Source: Elusimicrobiota bacterium (lineage in GTDB: Bacteria > Elusimicrobiota > Elusimicrobia > Elusimicrobiales > UBA9959). Taken from it: a stretch of DNA of 64,000 nt. The number at the start of each line of letters is the position of its first letter. Within the stretch, counting starts at the first letter, position 1. The notes below the pieces were generated by a model, which made no database searches, was not told where the DNA came from, and saw only the letters and a list, made by a program, of their open reading frames with translations. A program made the translations under genes and the position numbers. Location of the stretch: assembly GCA_016207645.1 (NCBI GenBank), contig JACQPH010000067.1, positions 4,365 to 68,364 of the forward strand, written 5' to 3'. Shown here one piece after another: positions 8,661 to 17,793 of the stretch.

Positions 8661-10478
8661 CTACTGCGCGGCCGCGCCTTCTCCGCTTTCAAGCGCCTTC
8701 AGCTCCTCGGTGTGGGAGGTTATTTTGGTTTCCAGGGCGGTTATTTTATCGCCCAGCTCTTTGACCTGTTTGTAATCCGAGTGGATTTCGGGGGCGGACA
8801 TTCTGGCGGCGAGGCTTTCCACGGTTTTCCGGGAGTAGGCTATCTCTTTCCTGAGGGTCTCGGCGCGGCGCGTCTTTTTGCGGGCTTCGGCTTCCTGGCG
8901 CTTTTTCTCCTCGTAGCAGGAGTTGTCGGCTTTGGGCGGCGCTTTCGCCTCCTCTTTCTTTCTGGCGCCGGCGTTCTCGGCCTGGAGCTGGTTCTGGCGG
9001 TAGCGGAAGTAATCGTAGTTGCCGGGGTAGACGGTGGTCTTGCCCTGCTCGATGTGGACCACGGAGTCGGCGAGGGCGTTTATGAAATAGATGTCGTGGC
9101 TGATGAAGCAGAGGGTGCCCTCGAATTCCTTCAGGGCGGCTATCAGCGCGTCCACGCTGGCCATGTCGAGGTGAGTGGTGGGCTCGTCCATCAATATGAC
9201 GTTGGGCGGGTCCATCAGCAGCTTCACCAGCATCAGGCGGCTCTTCTCTCCGCCGGAGAGCACCTCGGTCTTCTTATAGACGTTGTCGCCCGGAAAAAGG
9301 AAGGTGCCGAGCACGGTGCGGACCGCCAGCTCCGGGTTCAGGCGGTCGTTGTCCATGGCTTCCTGCAGCACGGTCTTGCGCGGGTCCAGGATGCCTTCGC
9401 GGTGCTGGGAGAAATAGCCGGTCTTCACGTTCAAACCCGGCACACGCTCTCCGGAATCGGGCTCTATCACTCCGGCCAGCATTTTCAGCAGGGTGGATTT
9501 GCCGGCGCCGTTATGCCCGACGAAGGCCATCTTCTGGCCGCGCTGGAGCTGGAAATCGAAACCCTCGTAGACCGTTATGGGCTCGTGGTCCGGCACATTG
9601 TAGACCTTGCTTATGTTCCTGAGCTCCAGCACATTGGTGCCGGTGCGGTTGGGCTGCGGGAAGCGCATTTTCACTGTCTTGACTTCCTGCACCAGCTCGA
9701 TGCGCTCCAGCTTGTCCAGGCGCTTGATCATGCTCTGCACGCGCGCGGCGGTGGAGACGCGGGCCCGGTTGCGGGCTATGAAATCCTCCATCTGCGCTAT
9801 CTCTTCCTGCTGCAGGCGCCAGGCGGAATAGATCTTTTCCTTCTCGGACCGGCGCTGGGCCAGGAAATTCTCGTAGTCGCCGTGGTAGACGCGCAGGGTC
9901 TTGTCCTGCAGGGAGACGATGGCGCTGCAGATCTTGTTGATGAAATCGCGGTCATGGGAGATGACGAAGATGGCTCCCTGGTAGCCGTGCAGGTATTCCT
10001 CCAGCCAAAGCAGGGAGTCCAGGTCCAGGTGGTTGGTGGGTTCGTCCAGCAGCAGCAGGTCCGGCTTCTTGAGCAGCAGCTTCCCCATGGCCACGCGCAT
10101 GGCCCAGCCGCCGCTGAGGGTGTTGACCTTGCGGGTGAAGTCGGCGACCTTGAAGCCGAGGCCCATCAGTATGGCCTTGCCTTCGGCCTCTATGCGGCCG
10201 TCGTAATCCTCCACGCCGTCCAGCGTTTCCTCTATCACCGTGCGGTCCGACACAGGCGCGTTCTCCTGAGGCAGGTAGCCCACCACCACGCCCTTCTTGA
10301 ACTGTATCTCGCCGTCGTCGGCTTCCTCGGCCCGGAGCATCATCTTGAAAAGCGTGGATTTGCCCGCGCCGTTGGGGCCGACCAGCGCGAAGCGCTCCCC
10401 CTCGTTTATCTGGAGGGAGGCGTCCTCGAAAAGGACCTGCGAGGAGAAGGATTTGTATACGTTCCTGAGAGTTATCAT
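8661..10478 (-). CDS. ABC-F family ATPase (ribosome-associated, no membrane domain)
   Basis: Two ABC cassettes (GPNGAGKSTL and GHNGAGKSTL Walker A; LSGG signatures twice) joined by a linker, plus a C-terminal coiled-coil tail. Confidence 0.9.
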   Translation of the reverse strand: MITLRNVYKSFSSQVLFEDASLQINEGERFALVGPNGAGKSTLFKMMLRAEEADDGEIQFKKGVVVGYLPQENAPVSDRTVIEETLDGVEDYDGRIEAEGKAILMGLGFKVADFTRKVNTLSGGWAMRVAMGKLLLKKPDLLLLDEPTNHLDLDSLLWLEEYLHGYQGAIFVISHDRDFINKICSAIVSLQDKTLRVYHGDYENFLAQRRSEKEKIYSAWRLQQEEIAQMEDFIARNRARVSTAARVQSMIKRLDKLERIELVQEVKTVKMRFPQPNRTGTNVLELRNISKVYNVPDHEPITVYEGFDFQLQRGQKMAFVGHNGAGKSTLLKMLAGVIEPDSGERVPGLNVKTGYFSQHREGILDPRKTVLQEAMDNDRLNPELAVRTVLGTFLFPGDNVYKKTEVLSGGEKSRLMLVKLLMDPPNVILMDEPTTHLDMASVDALIAALKEFEGTLCFISHDIYFINALADSVVHIEQGKTTVYPGNYDYFRYRQNQLQAENAGARKKEEAKAPPKADNSCYEEKKRQEAEARKKTRRAETLRKEIAYSRKTVESLAARMSAPEIHSDYKQVKELGDKITALETKITSHTEELKALESGEGAAAQ

Positions 10479-10655
10479 AAAAAAAAGCCGCGCCTTACAG
10501 CGCGATCAGTAGTGATTTTTGCCGGGAACCGAAGGACTTCCGCTCAGGCCAGCCGGACCGTCTATATTATTATTTTAGCATTTTCCGGGCGGCTAAATTA
10601 TATCGCGCGTCCTTTTTATATAATTATGCGAGACGGTTTAGTCATGGAGGTCCCT

Positions 10656-10925
10656 ATGTCCGACACGGTTATAAATATCGCCTGGGCCGTGGTTTTCTCG
10701 CTCGTTGGCGGCGCGGCCGGAGCTTTTCTCCTCGTCTGGTTCTCCTCGCGCATCCCCGCCGTCTTCAACAAGATCACCCCGGACATGGACGAGGGCAAGG
10801 AAATAATCCGGGGCAACCGCGCCGTGGCCGAATATTTCGGGCGCATCGTTTCGGCGGCCATACTCGGCGTCAGCGTGATAATAGCGGCGGCCGTACTGGG
10901 CGGGCTGGTAGCCGCGCTGCACTGA
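10656..10925 (+). CDS. DUF350-family small membrane protein
   Basis: Two hydrophobic helices flanking a conserved-looking EGKEIIRGNRAVA loop. ATG 10656 is preceded by GGAGG at 10646-10650. An upstream ATG at 10626 is directly abutted by TATAAT (10619-10624), so it is less likely. This is the only credible part of the giant 6846-10925 ORF. Confidence 0.65.
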   Translation: MSDTVINIAWAVVFSLVGGAAGAFLLVWFSSRIPAVFNKITPDMDEGKEIIRGNRAVAEYFGRIVSAAILGVSVIIAAAVLGGLVAALH

Positions 10926-12787
10926 TGAAAAACCTGCTGTTCGCGCTTTTACTCGCGGCTCCTCTCTCCTCCGCCTGGCCCCGGGCCGGCGGCGGGGGCG
11001 GCGGCGGCGGAGGAGGAGGCGGCGGGGGCGGCTGCTTCCCGGCCGGTACGATCGTGGCCACCGACGCCGGCGGGGTTCCCATAGAAAAAATACGCCCCGG
11101 CGACAAGGTGCTCGCTTACGCCGACGGACGCCTGGTGCGCTCGGTGGTGAAGGGATTTTACGAGAAGAAAGACCGCCTGATGGTCATCCGCACCAATAAA
11201 GGCAGGCTGACGGCCACTTCGGAACATCCGCTGCTCACGCGCGCAGGTTTCACCGAGGTCCGCGACCTAAAAAAGGGCATGGAAGTGGCGGTGCTCTCCG
11301 AAGGCCGCCGGCTCTGGGCGAAAATAAAGTCCATTAAGCCGGGCGGCGTGGCGGCCGTCTACAACCTGGAGGTCGCGCCCCCCAACACTTTCATAGCCGG
11401 CGGCTTCATCGTCCATAACAAGGGCGGCGGTTCCTACGGCGGCGGGTACGGCGGCAGGGATCACGATCCCGGCTACGACAGCGGCTATTACCGCGGCGGC
11501 TATTACCGCGGCCGCTATCCGCACAGGAGGACCGCCGGGGATAATCTGCTGTACGCCATCGCGGGGACCGTCCTGCTGATCAAGGGCTTTCTTTTCTTTT
11601 CCGAACGCAGGGGCGGATATTCCGGTGGTTCCTCCGGCGGCCAGGGGAAAAGCGGCCTCCTGGCCAACGGCGACGTGATGCCGAGGGCCGACGCCACCCT
11701 GGACATTATTAAAAGCCTTTCGCACAGCGACCCGGAGTTCGAGCCCGGCGCGCTGGAAAGCCTGGTGAGGAACGTCTTCATACGCGTGCAGACCGCCTGG
11801 CAGGCCCGCGATTACAGCACGCTGGGCGGCGTAATGATGCCCAGCCTCCACGCGGGCCACAGCGCGAAAGTCGCGGCCATGAAGGAAAGGGGCGAGATAA
11901 ACATGCTGGAGGACCTCAATGTCCTCCACGTGGACTTCGTGCACGTGCGCTGTACGCCCGAGAAGGAAGGGCGTGCTTTCACGGCCCTGGTCACGGCCTC
12001 GGCTAAGGATTACACTATAAACGAAAGCACCGGCTTCCGCGGGGAAGGCAGCCTGGAGCCCTCGACCTTCCAGGAATACTGGACTTTCTACCGGAACGGC
12101 GGGAACTGGGCCCTGGCCCGCATCGACCAGCTGGGCGACCTGGACTTCCTGAACGCCCCGAACCTGCCGGCCGGGCCGCCGGCCGCCGGAACTTTCCCGC
12201 GGGCGGTCTCCGGCCCCGCCGCTCTCGCGGCCGCCGCCCCTTCCTCTTACCAGCCCCCGCTCCCCCCGGCGGCGGCAAGGGGCGGCGCCCCCGCCGCGCC
12301 GGACGGCCGCTGGGACAGGCAGAAAATGGAGATCGCGGCCACGCTGGCTTTCGAAAGCGTCTACGGGGCCTGGGGAAAGAACGACAGCTCCCTGCTGAGC
12401 GCGGATTTCGTCTCGGCGGAAGCGCTGGCCAGGCTGAAAAAAGTGATGGAGGCGCGGAGATCTGAAGGTTTGACCTTCGAGTTCAACAACCTGTTCGCGC
12501 GCAGGGCGGAAATAGTGCTGACCAGCCCCGCCGAAAAAAGCAGGCTGCGCCTCGACGAATTCACGGCCAGGATAACGGCCACGGCGTTGCGCGCGATGCT
12601 GCGCAACGGCAAGCCGCTCCACCGCGACGCGGCGCCGGAGCCTTTTACCGAATACTGGGTCTTCGGCCGTCAGAAGGACGACTGGAAGCTGCGGGACATA
12701 CTGCCGCGGATGGAGCAGGAAGGCGCGGACAATACCCAGGACGGGGCCCCGAGCCCCGCGCAGATAGAATGGTACTGGTCAGCCTAG
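10925..12787 (+). CDS. Exported/membrane protein: signal peptide - 15xGly - Hint (intein-like) domain - Gly/Tyr-rich linker - TM helix - two Tim44-like domains
   Basis: Signal-like MKNLLFALLLAAPLSSA. Hint blocks CFPAGT, TATSEHP, VYNLEVAPPNTFIAGGFIVHN. TM helix LLYAIAGTVLLIKGFLFF. Two C-terminal modules with a Tim44-like pattern (FEPGALESLVRNVFIRVQTAW...YWTF..NGGNWALARI and ...FTEYWVFGRQKDDWKLRDI). The ATG overlaps the DUF350 stop (TGATG). Confidence 0.8.
   Translation: MKNLLFALLLAAPLSSAWPRAGGGGGGGGGGGGGGGCFPAGTIVATDAGGVPIEKIRPGDKVLAYADGRLVRSVVKGFYEKKDRLMVIRTNKGRLTATSEHPLLTRAGFTEVRDLKKGMEVAVLSEGRRLWAKIKSIKPGGVAAVYNLEVAPPNTFIAGGFIVHNKGGGSYGGGYGGRDHDPGYDSGYYRGGYYRGRYPHRRTAGDNLLYAIAGTVLLIKGFLFFSERRGGYSGGSSGGQGKSGLLANGDVMPRADATLDIIKSLSHSDPEFEPGALESLVRNVFIRVQTAWQARDYSTLGGVMMPSLHAGHSAKVAAMKERGEINMLEDLNVLHVDFVHVRCTPEKEGRAFTALVTASAKDYTINESTGFRGEGSLEPSTFQEYWTFYRNGGNWALARIDQLGDLDFLNAPNLPAGPPAAGTFPRAVSGPAALAAAAPSSYQPPLPPAAARGGAPAAPDGRWDRQKMEIAATLAFESVYGAWGKNDSSLLSADFVSAEALARLKKVMEARRSEGLTFEFNNLFARRAEIVLTSPAEKSRLRLDEFTARITATALRAMLRNGKPLHRDAAPEPFTEYWVFGRQKDDWKLRDILPRMEQEGADNTQDGAPSPAQIEWYWSA
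10988..11032 (+). repeat. Imperfect (GGN)15 trinucleotide tract encoding 15 consecutive glycines
   Basis: ggc ggc ggg ggc ggc ggc ggc gga gga gga ggc ggc ggg ggc ggc, read in frame directly before the Cys codon at 11033. Confidence 0.95.
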
Positions 12788-13138
12788 AAGTCTCACTTTA
12801 TAGCCGGCGGCTTCGAGCTCGGTTCTTACGAAAGCCCGGCGGTCTCCCTGCAGCTCCAGCACCCCGTCCTTGACGGTGCCGCCGGCGCCGAGGCGCTTCT
12901 TGAATTTCTTCAGCAGCTCTTCCTTGCCCGCCGGGTGCATGGGAAGTTTCTCCACCAGAGTAAGCCCGCTGCCTTTGCCCGTCCTGCGGAAAGAGACGCG
13001 CACCGGCTCGGTCTGGTTCCTCTTGCGCACTTCCCCCGCCAGCCCCTCGGGGCAGGCGCAGGGGGTCTTCCCGCAGTTGGGGCAGTTCACTTTTCCATCG
13101 GGTCCGGTGGAATAGACCAGCCTGTCATTTTCTCCCAT
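12779..13138 (-). CDS. yciH: SUI1/YciH-family translation initiation factor
   Basis: 119 aa. The core (RVSFRRTGKGSGLTLV ... LKKRLGAGGTVKDGVLELQGD) matches the SUI1 fold pattern. Confidence 0.85.
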   Translation of the reverse strand: MGENDRLVYSTGPDGKVNCPNCGKTPCACPEGLAGEVRKRNQTEPVRVSFRRTGKGSGLTLVEKLPMHPAGKEELLKKFKKRLGAGGTVKDGVLELQGDRRAFVRTELEAAGYKVRLLG

Positions 13139-13151
13139 ATTTTCTCCTGAA

Positions 13152-14546
13152 CTAGAAATTAGAAACGTTCCACTCCGCCTCTTCCTCGGCCGGCGCAGGA
13201 GCGGGTTCGGGCCGCGGCTTTACGGCGGACCTGGTCTTCCAGCGCCCGGTATTGTAGTACGCCCAGGAAAGCCCGAGGCCGGCTATCCACGCCGCCGGCA
13301 CCCCCCACCAGATACCGTCCGTCCCCATGCGGCCCGACAGGTAGGTAGAGACAGGGACCCTGATGCCCCACAGGGCCAGGACGGTAACGAGCATAGGGAA
13401 AAAAGCGTCCCCCGCCCCGCGCAGCGCCCCGTTTATCACGAACATGCTCGAGAAAACGATATAGAACCCGCCGACTATAAGCAGGTAGCGGCTGCCTATG
13501 CTCACCACGGCGGGGTCGGAATTGAACATAGAAATAAGGTGCCAGCCGAAGACCACGATCAGCAGGGTGGTCAGCAGCGAAGCGGCCCCGGAGATATAGA
13601 GGGACATCTTCAAGCCCCTTTTCACGCGCTCCATTTTGCCGGCCCCTATGTTCTGCCCGACGAAAGTGGAGATGGCTATGGACAGGCTCATCGCCGGCAT
13701 CACGGCGAAAGTGTCCACGCGGCCCGCCGCGGTGAAGGCCGCCACGGCGTCGGTGCCGAAGCCGTTGACCAGACGGGTAAGGGCCATCATGCCGCCGGCC
13801 ACCAGCATCTGCTGCACTCCCGAGGGGAGGCCGATGACCAGGCTCTGCCTGAAGATGGTCCCGTCGAACTCGAGGCCCTTCACCCTGAACTTCAGCACCG
13901 GGTGGGTCTTATTAAGGTAGCGCGCCGCGAGAAGGAGGGAGAAAGCCTGGGCCAGCACCGTCGCCCAGGCCGAGCCGGCTATGCCCCAGCGCAGCCCCGT
14001 CACGAAAAGCAGGACCAGAACTATATTGAGGAGGCTGGAAAAAACAAGGAAATAAAGCGGCGTCCTGGAATCCCCGAGGCCGCGCAGGATGGAGCTGAGC
14101 GTGGTGTAGCTGAAAATAAAAACGAGCCCGGCGAAAGTGATGCGCAGGTAGGTCAGCGCCTCGGGGAAGATCTCCGCCGGCGTGTTCAGCAGCGCGAGGA
14201 TACGCCCGGAGAAAGCCAGGCCCAGCGCCGTCGTGAGCAGCGAGGAGAAGAAAAGGAAAAGATAGGCCGTGTCTATGGTCCGGCGCACCCTGGCCATGTC
14301 CCTCGCGCCGTAGAACTGCGAGATAAGTATGGAAAAACCCAGCGTTACGCCCATGAGGAGCGACACTAGCAGGAAAAGTATGGGAAAGCTGGCTCCCACG
14401 GCGGCCAGCGCGGATTTGCCTATGGCCCGGCCCACTATGACGCTGTCCACCACGTTATAGGACTGCTGGAAAACGTTGCCGATGAGCATCGGCAGGGTGA
14501 AGCTCCAGATCAACCGCCCTTCGCCGCCCGCGGTGAGGTCCTTCAT
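13152..14546 (-). CDS. MATE family efflux transporter (second copy)
   Basis: 464 aa, 12 predicted helices, N-terminal FTLPMLIGNVFQQSYNVVDSVIVG and GAGDAFFP motifs. Confidence 0.85.
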   Translation of the reverse strand: MKDLTAGGEGRLIWSFTLPMLIGNVFQQSYNVVDSVIVGRAIGKSALAAVGASFPILFLLVSLLMGVTLGFSILISQFYGARDMARVRRTIDTAYLFLFFSSLLTTALGLAFSGRILALLNTPAEIFPEALTYLRITFAGLVFIFSYTTLSSILRGLGDSRTPLYFLVFSSLLNIVLVLLFVTGLRWGIAGSAWATVLAQAFSLLLAARYLNKTHPVLKFRVKGLEFDGTIFRQSLVIGLPSGVQQMLVAGGMMALTRLVNGFGTDAVAAFTAAGRVDTFAVMPAMSLSIAISTFVGQNIGAGKMERVKRGLKMSLYISGAASLLTTLLIVVFGWHLISMFNSDPAVVSIGSRYLLIVGGFYIVFSSMFVINGALRGAGDAFFPMLVTVLALWGIRVPVSTYLSGRMGTDGIWWGVPAAWIAGLGLSWAYYNTGRWKTRSAVKPRPEPAPAPAEEEAEWNVSNF

Positions 14547-15244
14547 CTCTCCTCTTCGGCGAGCAGTCCCTTCAGGGTTTTCATATCGGCGCGGAAGGCC
14601 GGGCTCTTCTTATAGGCGCGGTAAAGCTTGTCGGCCAGTTCCTTCCCGGCCTCTATGTCCGACGGGTGGTGCGCCCCGCCTATTACCCGGTCCAGGCCCG
14701 CCTCCCCGGCGCGGGAAAAATAGGCTTTCCTCATGTCCGGCACGAGGTCGCCGAGCATCAGCGCGAAGAGCCGCGAGATGACGGCGTGGCCGCTGGGATA
14801 GGCCATGCCGCCTATGCGGCCCAGACAGGGTTCCAGCGCCGGGTCGCGGAGGAAAGGCCGCGGCCTTTTAAAGATATCCTTGACGTTCGCGGCGGCGCCG
14901 TCGGTCTCGGTCTTCACCCTTCCGAGGATGGCGGCGGCCTCCCGCGGCAGCGGCCTGGGGAAGGGACTGATGTCGCCGAAGAACTCCTCGAAGCCGGCGT
15001 GCGCCGCGGAGTTCGCCCTGGCGCAGTCCTCCGGGGTGCGCCTGCCCTGCCAGTCCAGCACGGCGGCCAGGTCGGCCTTGTCTTTTTTCGAGCCGTATCC
15101 CGGCGGCGGCGGGAAATCCGCGAATTTCTGCTGGTCCGCGCTTATATAATAAGTGGTGCGCGGGATCACCCATTCTTCGGAACGGGCAGGCGCCGGGAAC
15201 ATAAGGACCGCGGCGGCGACCAGAAGGAGATAGTTCGATACCAT
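14543..15244 (-). CDS. Class A (PAP2-type) acid phosphatase, secreted
   Basis: Signal peptide plus the PAP2 signature KRPRP ... PSGH ... GAHHPSD. 4-nt overlap with the downstream MATE gene. Confidence 0.75.
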   Translation of the reverse strand: MVSNYLLLVAAAVLMFPAPARSEEWVIPRTTYYISADQQKFADFPPPPGYGSKKDKADLAAVLDWQGRRTPEDCARANSAAHAGFEEFFGDISPFPRPLPREAAAILGRVKTETDGAAANVKDIFKRPRPFLRDPALEPCLGRIGGMAYPSGHAVISRLFALMLGDLVPDMRKAYFSRAGEAGLDRVIGGAHHPSDIEAGKELADKLYRAYKKSPAFRADMKTLKGLLAEEER

Positions 15245-15298
15245 AATTATTTTAAATTGTACAAAACAACCGGCGGCGCCTGGTCCCCGGGTACGGAG

Positions 15299-16195
15299 CT
15301 AAAAGTCTTCCAGGAAGGCTTTCTCGGCCGGGGCGGCGGCTTTGCCTTTCAGCCGGACCAGCGAGAGGCGGTTTATCAGCTCCGGCCTGCCGGTACGGAC
15401 CGCTTTCACCGAGCCGGACTTCAGCTCCTTCTCCAGCAGGTATTCCGGGACTATCCCCAGCCCGAGCCCCCCCTTGATGGCGTTCAGTATGGCCTGCACG
15501 CTCTCCACGGCCAGCACCACTTTCAGCCCCGGGAAGCTCCTGCCGTAATGATGGCGGAACCAGTCGACCAGGGCCTGCATGCCCGGGGAATAGTCCAGGA
15601 ATTCGCAGCCGGCCAGGGCTGTCGGGCTTACGGCCCCGCGCAGCCGCGCCGAATAATACCCGGCCGAGCAGGCCAGCACCAGCCTTTCGGTTATGACGGA
15701 GGAGACCGCGAAGGGCGGAAGGTTTCCGCCACCCCTGCCGGGGAAGATATCCGCGAAGACGAAATCCAGCTCTCCGGCCGCCAGCCTAGGGAGCAGCAGG
15801 TCCGGGTGGCCGAGCGAGATCTCGAAGAAGACGGCCGGGTGCTTCCGCCTGAAGGCCGCGACCAGTTCCACCAGGTTCCGGGAGCCGAATTCCACCGGCG
15901 CCCCTATCCTCAGCAGGCCGCGCGGCCCGGATTTCTCGGCTTCCAGCCAGGCCAGGCCTCCCTCCAGGTTCCGGACGAAAGGCTCGATGATCCCGTAAAG
16001 CCTGCCCGCCGCCGCCGTCGGCGCCAGCTTCTTATGCAGCCTGACGAAAAGCTGGTTCTTCAGCTCCCGCTCCAGCTTCCCCAGGCTCTGGCTGACGGCC
16101 GACTGGCTGATATACAGCTCCCGCGCGGCCGCGGCGGCGCTTTTATTCCGGTAAATGGTGTAGAAGACCTTGAGGCGGTTGAAATCGGTGAGCAT
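15299..16195 (-). CDS. LysR-family transcriptional regulator
   Basis: N-terminal HTH (AAARELYISQSAVSQSLGKLE) plus a substrate-binding domain. Divergent from ahcY. Confidence 0.85.
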   Translation of the reverse strand: MLTDFNRLKVFYTIYRNKSAAAAARELYISQSAVSQSLGKLERELKNQLFVRLHKKLAPTAAAGRLYGIIEPFVRNLEGGLAWLEAEKSGPRGLLRIGAPVEFGSRNLVELVAAFRRKHPAVFFEISLGHPDLLLPRLAAGELDFVFADIFPGRGGGNLPPFAVSSVITERLVLACSAGYYSARLRGAVSPTALAGCEFLDYSPGMQALVDWFRHHYGRSFPGLKVVLAVESVQAILNAIKGGLGLGIVPEYLLEKELKSGSVKAVRTGRPELINRLSLVRLKGKAAAPAEKAFLEDF

Positions 16196-16230
16196 AAGTA
16201 TTACTTAAGCAATGATTGTTATTTTTTAAT

Positions 16231-16259
16231 TTTACTAAATTGTGTCCATGGTGTACAAT
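16231..16259 (+). promoter_or_regulatory. Putative sigma-70 type promoter of ahcY
   Basis: TTTACT (16231-16236), 17-nt spacer, TACAAT (16254-16259). AGGAGG at 16282-16287 lies upstream of ATG 16294. Confidence 0.4.
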
Positions 16260-16293
16260 ATTATTAGGAAAGAAAGTTTACAGGAGGGCCGTT

Positions 16294-17727
16294 ATGAGCA
16301 CGATACTTAAGGAGAAAGCGAAAACCATGAAGAACGACTTTAAAGTGAAGGATATGAGCCTGGCCGCGCTGGGCCGCCGCGAGATCGAGATAGCGGAGAA
16401 AGAAATGCCCGGCCTGATGGCCCTCCGCGGGAAATTCGCGGCCAAAAAGCCCCTCAAGGGCGCCCGCGTGATGGGCTCCCTGCACATGACCGTCCAGACC
16501 GCCGTCCTCATCGAGACGCTCTCCGCCCTCGGCGCCGAAGTGCGCTGGTGCTCCTGCAATATTTTCTCTACCAGCGACCAGGCCGCCGCGGCCATAGCCG
16601 CCACCGGCATACCGGTGTTCGCCTGGAAGGGCGAGACCCTGGCCGAATACTGGTGGTGCACCGAGCGCGCCCTCGACTTCGGCGGAGGCAAGGGCCCCCA
16701 CCTGATAGTCGACGACGGCGGCGACGCCACCATGATGCTGCACCGCGGCGCGGCCGCCGAGAAAAGTCCGAAGCTACTCGACGCCAAGGCCGGCGGCGAG
16801 GACGAGCAGGAACTCAATAACTGCCTGAAAGCTATCCTCAAAACTTCTCCTAAGCGCTGGCAGGCGGCCGTGAAGGACTGGAAAGGCGTCTCCGAGGAGA
16901 CCACCACCGGCGTGCACCGCCTGTATCAGATGCACGAAGCCGGCCAGCTGATGGTACCGGCCATCAACGTGAACGACTCCGTGACCAAGTCCAAGTTCGA
17001 CAACCTGTACGGCTGCCGCGAATCCCTGGCCGACGGCATCAAGCGCGCCACCGACGTGATGATAGCCGGCAAGGTAGTGGTGGTCTGCGGCTACGGCGAC
17101 GTGGGCAAAGGCTGCGCCCGCTCCATGCACGGCTTCGGCGCCCGCGTCATCGTCACCGAGATAGACCCCATCTGCGCCCTGCAGGCCGCGATGGAAGGCT
17201 TCGAGGTGAAGACCGTGGAGGACACGCTGGGCGAGGGCGACATCTACGTCACCACCACCGGCAACAAGGACATCATCCGCCTCGAGCACATGCTGAAGAT
17301 GAAGGACCAGGCCATAGTCTGCAATATCGGCCATTTCGACAACGAGATCCAGGTGGAAGCCCTGAAGAGCCACAAGGGCGTGAAGCAGGTCAACATAAAG
17401 CCCCAGGTGGACCGCTTCGACCTCCCCGGCGGCCGCTCGCTGTACCTGCTGGCCGAAGGCCGCCTGGTGAACCTGGGCTGCGCCAAAGGCCATCCTTCCT
17501 TCGTGATGAGCAATTCCTTCACCAACCAGACCCTGGCCCAGATAGAGCTCTGGACCGGGAAGCACGAGATAGGCGTGACCCGCCTGCCCAAGCACCTGGA
17601 CGAGGAGGTGGCCCGCCTGCACCTGGAGAAGATCGGCGTGAAGCTGACCAAACTCACCAAGGAGCAGGCCGACTATATCGGCGTGAAGCAGGACGGCCCC
17701 TACAAGCCGGACCACTACAGGTACTGA
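16294..17727 (+). CDS. ahcY: Adenosylhomocysteinase
   Basis: Full-length match to the AhcY pattern ([49 protein letters not shown]). Start moved to ATG 16294, which has a strong SD. Confidence 0.95.
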   Translation: MSTILKEKAKTMKNDFKVKDMSLAALGRREIEIAEKEMPGLMALRGKFAAKKPLKGARVMGSLHMTVQTAVLIETLSALGAEVRWCSCNIFSTSDQAAAAIAATGIPVFAWKGETLAEYWWCTERALDFGGGKGPHLIVDDGGDATMMLHRGAAAEKSPKLLDAKAGGEDEQELNNCLKAILKTSPKRWQAAVKDWKGVSEETTTGVHRLYQMHEAGQLMVPAINVNDSVTKSKFDNLYGCRESLADGIKRATDVMIAGKVVVVCGYGDVGKGCARSMHGFGARVIVTEIDPICALQAAMEGFEVKTVEDTLGEGDIYVTTTGNKDIIRLEHMLKMKDQAIVCNIGHFDNEIQVEALKSHKGVKQVNIKPQVDRFDLPGGRSLYLLAEGRLVNLGCAKGHPSFVMSNSFTNQTLAQIELWTGKHEIGVTRLPKHLDEEVARLHLEKIGVKLTKLTKEQADYIGVKQDGPYKPDHYRY

Positions 17728-17742
17728 GCCTTAACAAGAGGT

Positions 17743-17780
17743 AAAAAAGCCGGGCCCCTTGCGGAGCCCGGCTTTTTTTA
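17743..17780. terminator. Bidirectional intrinsic terminator between convergent ahcY and lipoprotein genes
   Basis: A6-GCCGGGC ... GCCCGGC-T7 hairpin. Confidence 0.6.
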
Positions 17781-17793
17781 TCCTTCCACGCTG

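Noticed and set aside
6846-10925. 1359-aa ORF on the + strand, the longest ORF-track entry after the real giants
   Set aside because: It runs antisense to typA and the ABC-F gene, both of which have unmistakable motifs. Its translation is low-complexity (A/G/V/L/H/D rich), as expected for a GC-driven shadow frame. Only the last 89-99 codons (the DUF350 protein) are credible.
10870-11106. 78-aa minus-strand ORF containing Pro15
   Set aside because: It is the antisense reading of the (GGN)15 tract inside the Hint-Tim44 gene, with no independent coding evidence.
16196-16293. Possible SAH riboswitch upstream of ahcY
   Set aside because: The spacer is only ~98 nt, is AT-rich, and is mostly occupied by a promoter-like TTTACT-17-TACAAT plus the SD. 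There is no room for, and no match to, the GC-rich pseudoknotted SAH element.
16216-16293. Upstream extension of ahcY from the ORF-track start
   Set aside because: The extension ([26 protein letters not shown]) covers the AT-rich promoter region. ATG 16294 has a perfect AGGAGG SD and gives a normal-length (477 aa) enzyme.
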